This document shows, in pieces, positions 18,984 through 27,511 of a stretch of 43,496 nt of DNA. The DNA is from a virus (Duplodnaviria > Heunggongvirae > Uroviricota > Caudoviricetes), in IMG/VR virus record IMGVR_UViG_2718218360_000017; one strand, 5' to 3'. Each line of letters opens with the position of its first letter. The stretch's first letter is position 1. A model generated the notes under the pieces. The model saw only the letters and a list, made by a program, of their open reading frames with translations. It was not told where the DNA came from and made no database searches. Both the position numbers and the translations under genes were made by a program.

Positions 18984-21079
18984 GGATTATCTTCCGCACG
19001 CTCCGTCCGCAGTTTTTTCTTCCGGCGACGGCGTTTTTCTGCCCCGGCCGTCAGTTCCGGGGATACCGTTTCACCAGAACGCTCCTGCGGGAAGACGAGC
19101 CACGTTTCCCGCTGTGCCCAGTCCGGTGCGGAGGGCCAGCGGATCTTTTCGTAACCATGCAGAACGGCAAGCGCATCCGCATAAACCAGCAGGTCAAACG
19201 CTTCGTTAGCGCCCCTGCCCGGTTTTCGCCATTTTCCGTCACTGCCGCGCTCTTCATAGGTCAGCTCATCGTAAAACCACCGCCCCAGCCAGTCGGGAAA
19301 GTGGATATAGTTCGGCCCTGGTGTGTCACGCCACAGGGCATTATTTACACGATCCTTAAACGCATCCGTCTGAACCAGCCACAGCGCGACATCGCCACTG
19401 GCTCTGGCACGGCGGGCACTTCTGCCGGTATTATCCGGGAAGGTTCGGTTAATCAGCCTGTCACGGCGAAGTCCATCCCCCTTGAACAGAAACACCCTGT
19501 TGCCCAGTCCGTCACTCCGGCAACGACGCCAGAAACGATAGGCGTTATCTGTCACCCCGGCTTCCCCTCCCGTATCCACCGCCATGGCCATCAGACGCAT
19601 GCGCACATCCGGATCAGAAGCCAGCGGCCATGTTTTATGGAACACATCCGTCAGCAACAAATCCCAGTCCTCCGGATATGCCGCCGGATCAACCGGCAGA
19701 CTTTCACCGTTGGGACTGCAGCGCAGTGAATGCCGGATGTTGTAGCGATCAACAATCCAGCGTTCCCCCTGCTCTCCGTATCCGGTGATCTGCACAACAA
19801 AACGGCGATTTTTACCGCCCTGTACGTCAACCGTTGCCTCAATAAAACGCACACCATCCGGCACAGATCGCCGGGGAAACGGCTCGGCACGCTGTTCAAG
19901 CAGTTCACTTTTACGCTGTTCCGTGGCTGAACGGGGCAGATAGGGTCGTCCGATATCGGTGTTCACCACCGCTTTCAGGGTCTCTTCACTGCCGGTTCGC
20001 TCATACTCTTCTTCTGCCGCCAGCAGTTTAAAAATCAGTTGTTCCCAGGTCTGAAACGCCGCAGCTGGCCCCTCCATCCAAAATGACGCAATCCGGGAGT
20101 TTCGTGGCGTTCCGGTGATACTGCCGTCCGCCGCCGCCCGTTCACCTTCACGAAGCCAGATCCCCTGGTTATTCAGTTCGCGTTTCTGCTCAGGGGCAAT
20201 CAGCCCGCGACAATGCGGACACATCAGACGGGCAGCCTGACCGGCAGCCACAAAATCCGGGTTATTCCGGTATCCGGTCATGTTATCCATCACCGGCTGA
20301 AAATATTCCCCGCAGTGCGGACACGGCCAGTACCACCGGCGGCGGTCTCCCCGGTTATACAGTGACAGGATACCCGTTGTTGGCGGTGCCTCATGTGCGC
20401 CACCACAACGCCATTTGGTATCGGTGATATCCCGCCCCGGTGAACTCTCGACCAGGGTCATCCCCGAGGACATAAAGGTGGTGGTACGCTTTGAGGCCAG
20501 CGTGAAGGCATCCCCTTCCCCGTCCACGTTTTCAGGGAAACGGTCATAATCCGTCAGCGCCACACGACGGTAATCCGAAGAGGAAAAGACGGTGATCGAC
20601 GGCCAGCCAATCTTCAGGAAGGAGCCGTCAAGAAACATTTTATCGTGGACGTTGTTGTCATTACGGGAAGGACTGAGGCGCTTGCTGACCTCCGGACTGT
20701 GGCGAAACGTCCTGGAAAGACGCGTTCTGGAATGCTCACGCGCCTTCGTCTCAGTCATCTGCACCACCAGCATATCCGCCGGATCACAGATGATGCCGTA
20801 CACAATCCAGCCATCAATCAGCCCTTCGGTTTTCCCGGTTCGCGCAGGTCCCACAAACACCACCGCGTCATATTCACGGGCTGATAATGTATTAATGGGG
20901 TCAATCATATAGGGCGTCAGCGATGACTCCCACGGACCGGAAGTATTGGCTCCCCGTGGAACCCGCATATAACGCCTGATGGCTTCCGCTACTGGTAACC
21001 GGCTGGGTGGGCGAAACAGCGAGGCCACTTCGCGCCAGATATCGGATGCGCGGCTATGGCTCTCGTTCACCTGATTCAC
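18956..21079 (-). CDS. Terminase large subunit
   Basis: 707 aa, Walker A-like GPARTGKT near the N-terminus; translationally coupled to the small subunit (ATGA overlap). Confidence 0.9.
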   Translation of the reverse strand: MNQVNESHSRASDIWREVASLFRPPSRLPVAEAIRRYMRVPRGANTSGPWESSLTPYMIDPINTLSAREYDAVVFVGPARTGKTEGLIDGWIVYGIICDPADMLVVQMTETKAREHSRTRLSRTFRHSPEVSKRLSPSRNDNNVHDKMFLDGSFLKIGWPSITVFSSSDYRRVALTDYDRFPENVDGEGDAFTLASKRTTTFMSSGMTLVESSPGRDITDTKWRCGGAHEAPPTTGILSLYNRGDRRRWYWPCPHCGEYFQPVMDNMTGYRNNPDFVAAGQAARLMCPHCRGLIAPEQKRELNNQGIWLREGERAAADGSITGTPRNSRIASFWMEGPAAAFQTWEQLIFKLLAAEEEYERTGSEETLKAVVNTDIGRPYLPRSATEQRKSELLEQRAEPFPRRSVPDGVRFIEATVDVQGGKNRRFVVQITGYGEQGERWIVDRYNIRHSLRCSPNGESLPVDPAAYPEDWDLLLTDVFHKTWPLASDPDVRMRLMAMAVDTGGEAGVTDNAYRFWRRCRSDGLGNRVFLFKGDGLRRDRLINRTFPDNTGRSARRARASGDVALWLVQTDAFKDRVNNALWRDTPGPNYIHFPDWLGRWFYDELTYEERGSDGKWRKPGRGANEAFDLLVYADALAVLHGYEKIRWPSAPDWAQRETWLVFPQERSGETVSPELTAGAEKRRRRKKKLRTERAEDNPWITSGGWL

Positions 21080-21552
21080 ATATCGGCCTCATCACAACAG
21101 TCAATGACTGCCTTTTCCAGTGTGTCGCGGATCTCATCAACCACAATCTGTACTTCATTCAGTTGTGATGCGGTCCACCCCCTGTCCCTCTCCAGCCGGT
21201 CAGGCCAGGTTTCCAGTACCTGAACTATCGCTTTCACCACGACAGAAAAGGACCGCCTGACATCACTGACTGGCACAAGCTGACCAGTTTCCTGCTCAAA
21301 TTTCAGTCGGTCACGTTCTGACTGGTACCATGCTTTACGCGCATGAGGATCCATTTCCTCGTTATCTACAGGCAGAGGAGCTTTCATCAGCTCGGCAAGG
21401 ATATCTGTCAGTCGGTACAGTTTGAGATTGCTCTCATGACCACCGGCTGGGCTTATGTTTTTTACCCGAGCCGCAACAGTCTGTCGATGAGCACCGGATA
21501 ATGCGGCCAGTTGGGAAATATTCAGATGCAGATTTTTTAATTCACGATCCAT
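21076..21552 (-). CDS. Terminase small subunit (Nu1-like, HTH)
   Basis: 158 aa with N-terminal HTH (..LNISQLAALSGAHRQTVAARVKN..), immediately downstream of the cos candidate. Confidence 0.8.
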   Translation of the reverse strand: MDRELKNLHLNISQLAALSGAHRQTVAARVKNISPAGGHESNLKLYRLTDILAELMKAPLPVDNEEMDPHARKAWYQSERDRLKFEQETGQLVPVSDVRRSFSVVVKAIVQVLETWPDRLERDRGWTASQLNEVQIVVDEIRDTLEKAVIDCCDEADM

Positions 21553-21689
21553 AACTCCCCCTGAAAATTATGTAAACACACACCAGTGATGAACAAAAAA
21601 CAACCAGATTCGACACTAAAAATTTTTATTTTTCTATATATCAATAACTTACACTGGTGGTGATGGTGCCATAAAAATCAAAAAATGCG

Positions 21690-21715
21690 CCTTTTTCCGC
21701 GCCGCCCGCCCCGTG
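21690..21715. other. Candidate cosN cohesive-end site
   Basis: ggcgggcggcgcgg on the minus strand resembles lambda cosN GGGCGGCGACCT; about 150 bp upstream of the terminase small subunit, with an AT-rich putative IHF/cosB region between. Confidence 0.4.
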
Positions 21716-21964
21716 TTCAGGCCCACCCCACCAGGAGGACCCGCAAAATGATAATGGTTATCATTTGCAACAAAATCCAGTTTCTTCCACCATCGCACCG
21801 GACTGGCGACTATGAGGGGACAACACCGCGCTCCGTTAACGCGGTAAACCCCGGTGTGTATCGTTTTTGATTATCCCCGCACACTCTCGCAGAGGAGTCT
21901 CCCTGTCGGGCTGCGGTCTCTGTTAATGCAGGAATACGGTGACGATACGGCGCATCAGCAAAAC

Positions 21965-22432
21965 TTAGTTCAGGCACTGAGTGCGGATATAGTCCTGTGC
22001 CCCTTCCAGCTGCTTCTGCATTGTCATCAACCGTTCTCTGAGGATGAAATAATCCCGTTCAGCGGTGTCTGCCAGTCGGGGGCCGGTTGCATTATCCACG
22101 CCGGAGGTGCCGGTGGCTTCACGCACGGTACCGGAGCAGATGGCGTTGATCCGCAGGCGCTTACGACCAGCGGCAACATCAGCGCGCAGAGTTTCATTTT
22201 CAGCTCTCGCATCGGCTAATTCCCTCGAGTATCTGGCATCAAGTGCAGCAACATCACGCTGGCGCTGCTGCATATCAGTAATGGTTGCATTTGCCAGCTC
22301 CAGCTCACTGACTTTTTTATCGCGCTGCTCTTTGTAGGTTATGGCGTTATCACGGTAATGATTCAGCCCCAGACTAAGCGCACCACAGGCCACCAGCAGG
22401 GCAATGATGACCACGCACAGTACGCGGTTCAT
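21965..22432 (-). CDS. Rz: Rz i-spanin
   Basis: MNRVLCVVIIALLVACGALSLGLNHYRDNAITYKEQRDKK.. collinear with lambda Rz. Confidence 0.9.
   Translation of the reverse strand: MNRVLCVVIIALLVACGALSLGLNHYRDNAITYKEQRDKKVSELELANATITDMQQRQRDVAALDARYSRELADARAENETLRADVAAGRKRLRINAICSGTVREATGTSGVDNATGPRLADTAERDYFILRERLMTMQKQLEGAQDYIRTQCLN
22027..22212 (-). CDS. Rz1: Rz1 o-spanin lipoprotein, embedded in the +1 frame of Rz
   Basis: ..LPLVVSACGS..CVKPPAPPAWIMQPAPDWQTPLNGIIS.. matches lambda Rz1. Confidence 0.85.
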   Translation of the reverse strand: MRELKMKLCALMLPLVVSACGSTPSAPVPCVKPPAPPAWIMQPAPDWQTPLNGIISSSENG

Positions 22433-22433
22433 T

Positions 22434-22535
22434 TCACCACCAGCGTATCTGACCAATGAAATAACCGGAAGCCATAATCACAAACACCAGCCAGATAAGG
22501 ATGAACTTCCAGGTGGATAATTTTTCAGCCATCAT
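22434..22535 (-). CDS. Candidate 33-aa single-pass membrane peptide between endolysin and Rz
   Basis: MMAEKLSTWKFILIWLVFVIMASGYFIGQIRWW; GGGAG Shine-Dalgarno about 7 nt upstream; its stop overlaps the Rz start (ATGA). Confidence 0.35.
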   Translation of the reverse strand: MMAEKLSTWKFILIWLVFVIMASGYFIGQIRWW

Positions 22536-22607
22536 TCGAATCTCCCGAATCAGTTTGCTAAAATCAAACACACTTTCTCCTTTGACTTTTCCGGAGTCAG
22601 GAAACAC

Positions 22608-22640
22608 AAAACCCCGCTTGCGGCCAACAAACGGGGTTTT
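22608..22640. terminator. Hairpin between endolysin and Rz (terminator-like, either orientation)
   Basis: aaaaccccgcttgcggccaacaaacggggtttt. Confidence 0.4.
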
Positions 22641-22729
22641 ACTTTTATTCACTTAGTTTTTGCCAGTTCGCAGGATTTCGTGTTATCCGCCCGTGTGAGC
22701 AAACCGCATTTTTCAGCAAAATATTCTGC

Positions 22730-23263
22730 TTATCTGTCAATTCCCCAGCACGCCAGCGCGCTCTCCTGGTCACGCCGTGAGACCTGACCGTAGCAGTTGT
22801 TTGAGCGAATACGGCAGTCTCTGCCGCCGTCCTTAATCCACCAGCGAATCGCTTCGCAGGCACCTTTTCGATCACCTGCATTAATTCGTCTGTAAAACGT
22901 CGACGGGAAACACTTACCGGGACCAATGTTGTACGGACAGAATGACGCGATCCCCGCTTTCTGGGGTTCGGTCAGCGGCACTTTGATGTTTTTCTCCACC
23001 CATGCCAGCGCCTTATCCCGTTCGATAGCGTTAACCCGGTCGCATTTTTCCTTCGACAGCTTCATGCCAGGAATCACAGGCTTACCATCCACCATGATGG
23101 CGCCTCGGCAGATGGTCCAGATACCCGCACCATCACGGTATGCCGTGGTGTGGTTACCTTCCTTTTCATCCAGAAACTGGTCGAGGATTTCAGGCGCAGA
23201 AGCACCTGCGGCAATCAGCGCCAGAACGGCAGCCGATAAACCATAGCGGAGTTTCCTGCTCAT
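22730..23263 (-). CDS. R: SAR-type endolysin (lysozyme, GH24-like)
   Basis: N-terminal Gly/Ala-rich hydrophobic signal-anchor segment (YGLSAAVLALIAAGASA) followed by a lysozyme-like domain. Confidence 0.85.
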   Translation of the reverse strand: MSRKLRYGLSAAVLALIAAGASAPEILDQFLDEKEGNHTTAYRDGAGIWTICRGAIMVDGKPVIPGMKLSKEKCDRVNAIERDKALAWVEKNIKVPLTEPQKAGIASFCPYNIGPGKCFPSTFYRRINAGDRKGACEAIRWWIKDGGRDCRIRSNNCYGQVSRRDQESALACWGIDR

Positions 23264-23267
23264 CAGC

Positions 23268-23483
23268 TTACTCTCCCCGTGCCGCCTTACGCCTGTCCTC
23301 TCTGATTTTGAAATACAGGTTCGTCAGGTACGTCAGCAGACCAAACAGCAGACTCCCCAGCACGCCTATTGCCGCCCACTGAGACGGGGAAACCCTGTCC
23401 AGCAACTGCAGGAACCAGTAGCCCGTTCCCACCGCTGACGTGGTGTATGACACACCTGTTGTGATTTTTTCCATCTGGTTCAT
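23268..23483 (-). CDS. S: S21-type pinholin with dual start (Met1/Met4)
   Basis: [10 protein letters not shown]...[51 protein letters not shown], near-identical in pattern to phage 21 S; real start is internal to track ORF 23268..23558. Confidence 0.85.
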   Translation of the reverse strand: MNQMEKITTGVSYTTSAVGTGYWFLQLLDRVSPSQWAAIGVLGSLLFGLLTYLTNLYFKIREDRRKAARGE

Positions 23484-23560
23484 ACCCCGCCTCCCGCAAT
23501 CCGGAAGCTCACAACAATAAAAAAGACCACCGGCACACACCGATGGTCCCTGACGCATGC

Positions 23561-23803
23561 TTACATCATCATGTCGCTGTCCGGTGTGGGGTCACCGCTA
23601 TCTGAAGCACTCCCCTCACCCGCGATGCCTTCCGGCTCCGGAGCTGCCGGTGCGCCCAGCAGTTCATCCAGAATGGCATCCACTTCTGCATCAAGACGCG
23701 CTTCCAGGTTATGGCGAAGTTTCTGTTTCAGTGCGCTCCGGACTTCTTCAGAGCGCAGGACTTCCTTCACTGCTTCAGCAGTGACCAGGGATGTAATTTC
23801 TGA
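23561..23803 (-). CDS. Acidic ~80-aa protein of unknown function upstream of the holin
   Basis: Internal start [23 protein letters not shown].. of track ORF 23561..23980; the track ORF N-terminus looks like non-coding read-through. Confidence 0.4.
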   Translation of the reverse strand, partial: SEITSLVTAEAVKEVLRSEEVRSALKQKLRHNLEARLDAEVDAILDELLGAPAAPEPEGIAGEGSASDSGDPTPDSDMMM

Positions 23804-23836
23804 CATGGGATTTTCTCGTCGAAAGGTGTGATTAAG

Positions 23837-24026
23837 AAAGTTGCCGCTAAATGAGCGGCTCTTCGGGTTTGCTTCCGGCTGACTGACTGGCGCTGATTTT
23901 CTCAGCGGCCCTTTTGTCAATCTGTCTGCGCCAGAAGTCACGCATGGCCCTGTACCCACCCGAAAGGAGATACAGCACACAGACCACCGTACAGAAGTAC
24001 AGCATTAACTGGTTCAGAAATGTCAT
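23837..24026 (-). CDS. Candidate 59-aa membrane protein (MTFLNQLMLYFCTVVCVLYLLSGGYRAMRDFWRRQIDKRAAEKISASQSAGSKPEEPLI)
   Basis: Hand translation; ggaaag Shine-Dalgarno 6 nt upstream; hydrophobic N-terminal helix; below the ORF-track size cut-off. Confidence 0.35.
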
Positions 24027-24163
24027 AATTTCTTTCCGTTATTGTTGACAATAAGAACTGTTTTCATTTAAAAAACCAGAGCACGAAAGTATCGTTCCTT
24101 TATTTTTTCTCCATAGGTATTACCACCGCCAGCGTCCATTCCTGTCGCTGGCGGTTTTTTTTA

Positions 24164-26110
24164 TCATGCCGCAGTGTCTGTGCTGTTCACTTCCACCGCA
24201 ATGCTGTCTATCAGTACCGGGTAAGTCGCACCTCTGGTAATGTCTGTCACATGCAGTTTATCCGCCGCAAAGGCACTGACCGGTGACTGCGTCAGCGTGA
24301 ACGGTGTACCATCCTGACCATCAATAACCGGCGTCACCTGAAGGCTGTTATTCCCGGCAAAGCGGAAAGCCAGCGCATGCCATTCGTTATCAAATGCGCC
24401 AAAGCTTCCCAGTTTCAGGTTGTTTGTCGCCACTTTCGCATTGTGGTACATCACATTCAGGTCTTTTGCATCTGTCTGGATGTAGAACGCTGCCAGCAGG
24501 TTATTCCCCCCGTCTCCGGTCAGGGCAACGCCCTGTGGCAGTGAAGATACCGGCCAGTAAAACGCCATAACATACTGGTTCGCAGCCAGCACTCCCGAAA
24601 CCTTAAAGCGGCAGCGAATCTGCCCCCCTTTCTGTAACAGAGCCGCACCGTTGCCCGCGGCGTACTCCAGCACCCAGCTGCTTTTACCGGCTTCCTTGGT
24701 CAGCTTCACTGCCTTACCTCCGGTTCCCTCCGCATCGCTGACCACTTCTGCCCTGCCGCCACTGGCTGACCATCCCTGTACTTTCAGGCTTCCCTCTGAC
24801 TCGCTGGCAAGGTAAGAGAGCAGTGTTGTGACGCCTGTGGCTTCTGCACCGGAAGGCGATGACGGGCGCACCTCTGATACTGTCGATGATGCCCCCGCGT
24901 TTAGCGCCACTCTTCCCGCATGGCGCAAAATCGCCGTTGCCAGACGGTCGGAAATAATCCCACGGCGTGCCCAGGCGCTGAAATGGCTCGCCCTGTCCTG
25001 TGACGTCCAGGTGGCTGAGCTGTCACGCCATTTCGAACCGTAATATCCGATACCCGGAATGTCCGGGTCTTCTTCCGGTTTGTTCGTCGGCACATTCACC
25101 CCGTTCTCATCCGTCATGAACGGTACGAAATGGATATTCTTTTCCGTTTTGTTTTTGTAGCTGCCGTACACCGTCTGGTACGAGGATTCGTTCTTCTGCT
25201 TCCAGAAATACGTCGTGTCCCCGCATATCCAGGGAACACCGTCAGCAGAGCCACCGACGCACTGACCTGCCATATCCGCCAGGTCTGCACGGAATTTATC
25301 AACCTGCGCACCAAACTGTGCTGCGTGATTTGCCGGCGTACCGCCAAAATCAAATTCCCCCTGCATCCACACCACGGCAAACAGCACATTTTTCGGATTC
25401 TTCTTCAGTGCTGCTTTTGTTCGACCGATAAGGTCCTTATACAGCGGCTTGTCCACACCCCAGCGGGTTGAATTCTCCGAGGCACCACTCGCGTCACTGT
25501 ATGTGCCATCAGCTCCGGTGGTGAACGCTGAACCACCACGACAGCACGGAACCAGCAGAATGCCCGCATTCGCCGGTATAAACGGCAGCAGTTTTTTGGC
25601 GATATGCAGCCCCTGCCCCACGGTTCCGTACTGCCCCTTTGACAGGTCCGCTTTCGGATGGTTAAGGCGGCTCATGTCCTGCACATCATGCAGACAATGG
25701 TCCGCCGGAATGATGTCGTTATATTTACAGGCGACACCGCCCGGTGTCACCGTACTGCGACGCGCCAGCTGCTTAATGCGCGGGTCCGGACGGTCATATG
25801 TCTCCGGCAGCGGAAGGCCTTCACCATACGACATGCCGTTTGACTGCCCTGCCAGAACCACAACAAAGTAATACCCGGGGTCGCTGGTGGCGCTGATTAC
25901 TGCACCTTCTCCACCTGTCGGCTTCACCACAACAGGTGTGCTCACATCACCTTCTGCGACAATCGCCTGAATAAGTGCTGCGCCATCATCCGTATACGAA
26001 GAAAACGGCCCACCATATGGTTGCCATCCTTCACGAATTTTTTGCGCAAGTGCATCAGCAAGGTCTGACGGCGACGCCGCCCTGACAACATCATAATGTT
26101 TAAATGTCAT
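24164..26110 (-). CDS. nanS-p: Prophage sialate 9-O-acetylesterase (NanS-p-like, SGNH/SASA family)
   Basis: 648 aa; GQSN catalytic motif (VVLAGQSNGMSYGEG); position between Q and the lysis genes. Confidence 0.8.
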   Translation of the reverse strand: MTFKHYDVVRAASPSDLADALAQKIREGWQPYGGPFSSYTDDGAALIQAIVAEGDVSTPVVVKPTGGEGAVISATSDPGYYFVVVLAGQSNGMSYGEGLPLPETYDRPDPRIKQLARRSTVTPGGVACKYNDIIPADHCLHDVQDMSRLNHPKADLSKGQYGTVGQGLHIAKKLLPFIPANAGILLVPCCRGGSAFTTGADGTYSDASGASENSTRWGVDKPLYKDLIGRTKAALKKNPKNVLFAVVWMQGEFDFGGTPANHAAQFGAQVDKFRADLADMAGQCVGGSADGVPWICGDTTYFWKQKNESSYQTVYGSYKNKTEKNIHFVPFMTDENGVNVPTNKPEEDPDIPGIGYYGSKWRDSSATWTSQDRASHFSAWARRGIISDRLATAILRHAGRVALNAGASSTVSEVRPSSPSGAEATGVTTLLSYLASESEGSLKVQGWSASGGRAEVVSDAEGTGGKAVKLTKEAGKSSWVLEYAAGNGAALLQKGGQIRCRFKVSGVLAANQYVMAFYWPVSSLPQGVALTGDGGNNLLAAFYIQTDAKDLNVMYHNAKVATNNLKLGSFGAFDNEWHALAFRFAGNNSLQVTPVIDGQDGTPFTLTQSPVSAFAADKLHVTDITRGATYPVLIDSIAVEVNSTDTAA

Positions 26111-26589
26111 TATTCCTCCCGGCCGGGATAGTGTATTAAATCAGATATGGAGTGGGCTGTAGTCCGGAAGCCTGAATGACACACGGGGACTACAGCCCAA
26201 GAAATGAAAAAAGGCCACGCAGTTGCGCAGCCTGATAAACCCTGGTTAAAATCCACACGATAACAACACAACAATATCAGTATCTCATGCTATTGCCCGA
26301 ACCCATTCGGGCATTTTTTACCCATAAAAAATGCCCCTCCGGAGAGGGGCATTTTTGCATGCACATTCTTTTTCTTGCATGGTGCCGGGTGCCTCCCGGT
26401 GAATTCAGTATCAGCACCTGAATCCGCGATTACCCCATATACCTGGTTGCTGATTGCCCCTCCGCACAGGGGGATTCACCATGCCAGTTTCTTTTAACAA
26501 ACTCCCCGCAAACCAGACAACAGTCAACCGCCTGAATTGTGAGACATTTAAAAAAAAGGCCCGCAAAAGCGAGCCAGGGAAAATAAGTG

Positions 26590-26665
26590 TGGCGCGTTGT
26601 ACTGGATTCGAACCAGCGACCTGGCGATTATGCGTCGCTCGCTCTCACCACTGAGCTAAAGGGCC
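26590..26665 (-). tRNA. tRNA-like sequence with CAU anticodon (Ile2/Met-like); acceptor stem does not pair by eye, so possibly a pseudogene/remnant
   Basis: Minus strand GGCCCTTTAGCTCAGTGGTGAGAGCGAGCGACGCATAATCGCCAGGTCGCTGGTTCGAATCCAGTACAACGCGCCA: canonical D-arm, CAU anticodon loop and GGTTCGAATCC T-arm, but the 3' strand ACAACGC is not complementary to the 5' GGCCCTT. Confidence 0.5.
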
Positions 26666-26697
26666 GGGAGCAGAATAATAACTGTCCGTAATTAATT

Positions 26698-26728
26698 CCG
26701 AAATAAAAAACCCGCTCAGTGGCGGGTT
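26698..26728 (-). terminator. Intrinsic terminator downstream of the lipoprotein moron; near-copy of tR'
   Basis: Minus strand aacccgccactgagcgggtt followed by ttttttattt. Confidence 0.6.
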
Positions 26729-26805
26729 GCTATCACAGCTATATATTTACTTATTATGCCGTTACTAACATTTATCTTCGGCATATAATCGAAAACAAGG
26801 TTTGC

Positions 26806-27231
26806 TTAAAACTCTGCTTTCATTTTATCCGGGAATTTTTTATTTGCAGCATAATAACTACCAAGTATATAAGCGTTCATTTGCTGCTCTACATCAACCC
26901 GACATGCAGCACTAGAACAAGCACCACTGATAAGCCCAAAAGAACTCCCTTTAGCAGAGAGATCAGCTTTAATTTCCTCTACAGTGTTTTTCCCCATAGC
27001 AACTACACACCCTGTAACAATATATCTAGCCTTCACATCATCCATGCTAAGGATAGTGGTTTTCGCAATTTTGCTGTATCCATCATTTTTATAAACATCC
27101 ATGGCAAACGCACGGCAATCTGTATAATACGGACTTGCTTTAACTTGCGAATACTCAGGTAATTTCATACCTGCACAACCAACTAAACAAAAACCTATCG
27201 CTGCTATTAATACCTTTTTCATTACACTCAT
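26806..27231 (-). CDS. Cys-rich lipoprotein of unknown function (moron)
   Basis: Signal peptide with lipobox MKKVLIAAIGFCLVGC; AT-rich; own promoter-like AT-rich leader; bracketed by two terminators. Confidence 0.7.
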   Translation of the reverse strand: MSVMKKVLIAAIGFCLVGCAGMKLPEYSQVKASPYYTDCRAFAMDVYKNDGYSKIAKTTILSMDDVKARYIVTGCVVAMGKNTVEEIKADLSAKGSSFGLISGACSSAACRVDVEQQMNAYILGSYYAANKKFPDKMKAEF

Positions 27232-27378
27232 AACCTAGAAGCATCATTGAAACTAATTTATTAAATATTCATCGAGTTTCTGGAATACAGACGTTACCCA
27301 TCTCTCCAAAATCTAAAAGATAATAAGAAAAAATGTTTAACGTACCAATCCATTTCATAGTTTCATGAGACATCAGGC

Positions 27379-27406
27379 ACAAAAAAACCCGCTCAGCGGC
27401 GGGTTC
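27379..27406 (-). terminator. tR' late terminator downstream of pR'
   Basis: Minus strand aacccgccgctgagcgggtt followed by tttttttg, about 40 nt downstream of the predicted late promoter. Confidence 0.6.
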
Positions 27407-27450
27407 TTAAATCTTATCAACGGTAGACATACAAAGCCCATCGTTGGGAA

Positions 27451-27479
27451 AATCTTATCCATATTTTTTGAAAAATGCA
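27451..27479 (-). promoter_or_regulatory. Candidate late promoter pR' / qut region
   Basis: -35 TTGCAT, 17-nt spacer, -10 TAAGAT on the minus strand, immediately downstream of Q. Confidence 0.45.
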
Positions 27480-27511
27480 AGCATCATGTCGCCATCTTCG
27501 GCGAAAATCAT

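Noticed and set aside
22608-22640. Hairpin between R and Rz as a true operon terminator
   Set aside because: It lies inside the lysis operon upstream of Rz/Rz1, which must be co-expressed, so it is more likely a partial attenuator or processing site; recorded as a feature with low confidence only.
26454-26654. 66-aa plus-strand ORF
   Set aside because: It spans the tRNA-like sequence on the opposite strand; an ORF-finder artefact.
26111-27500. Shiga toxin genes between Q and the lysis cassette
   Set aside because: This is where stx sits in Stx phages, but the ORFs here are a lipoprotein and a NanS-p-type esterase; no A/B-subunit-like ORFs are present.
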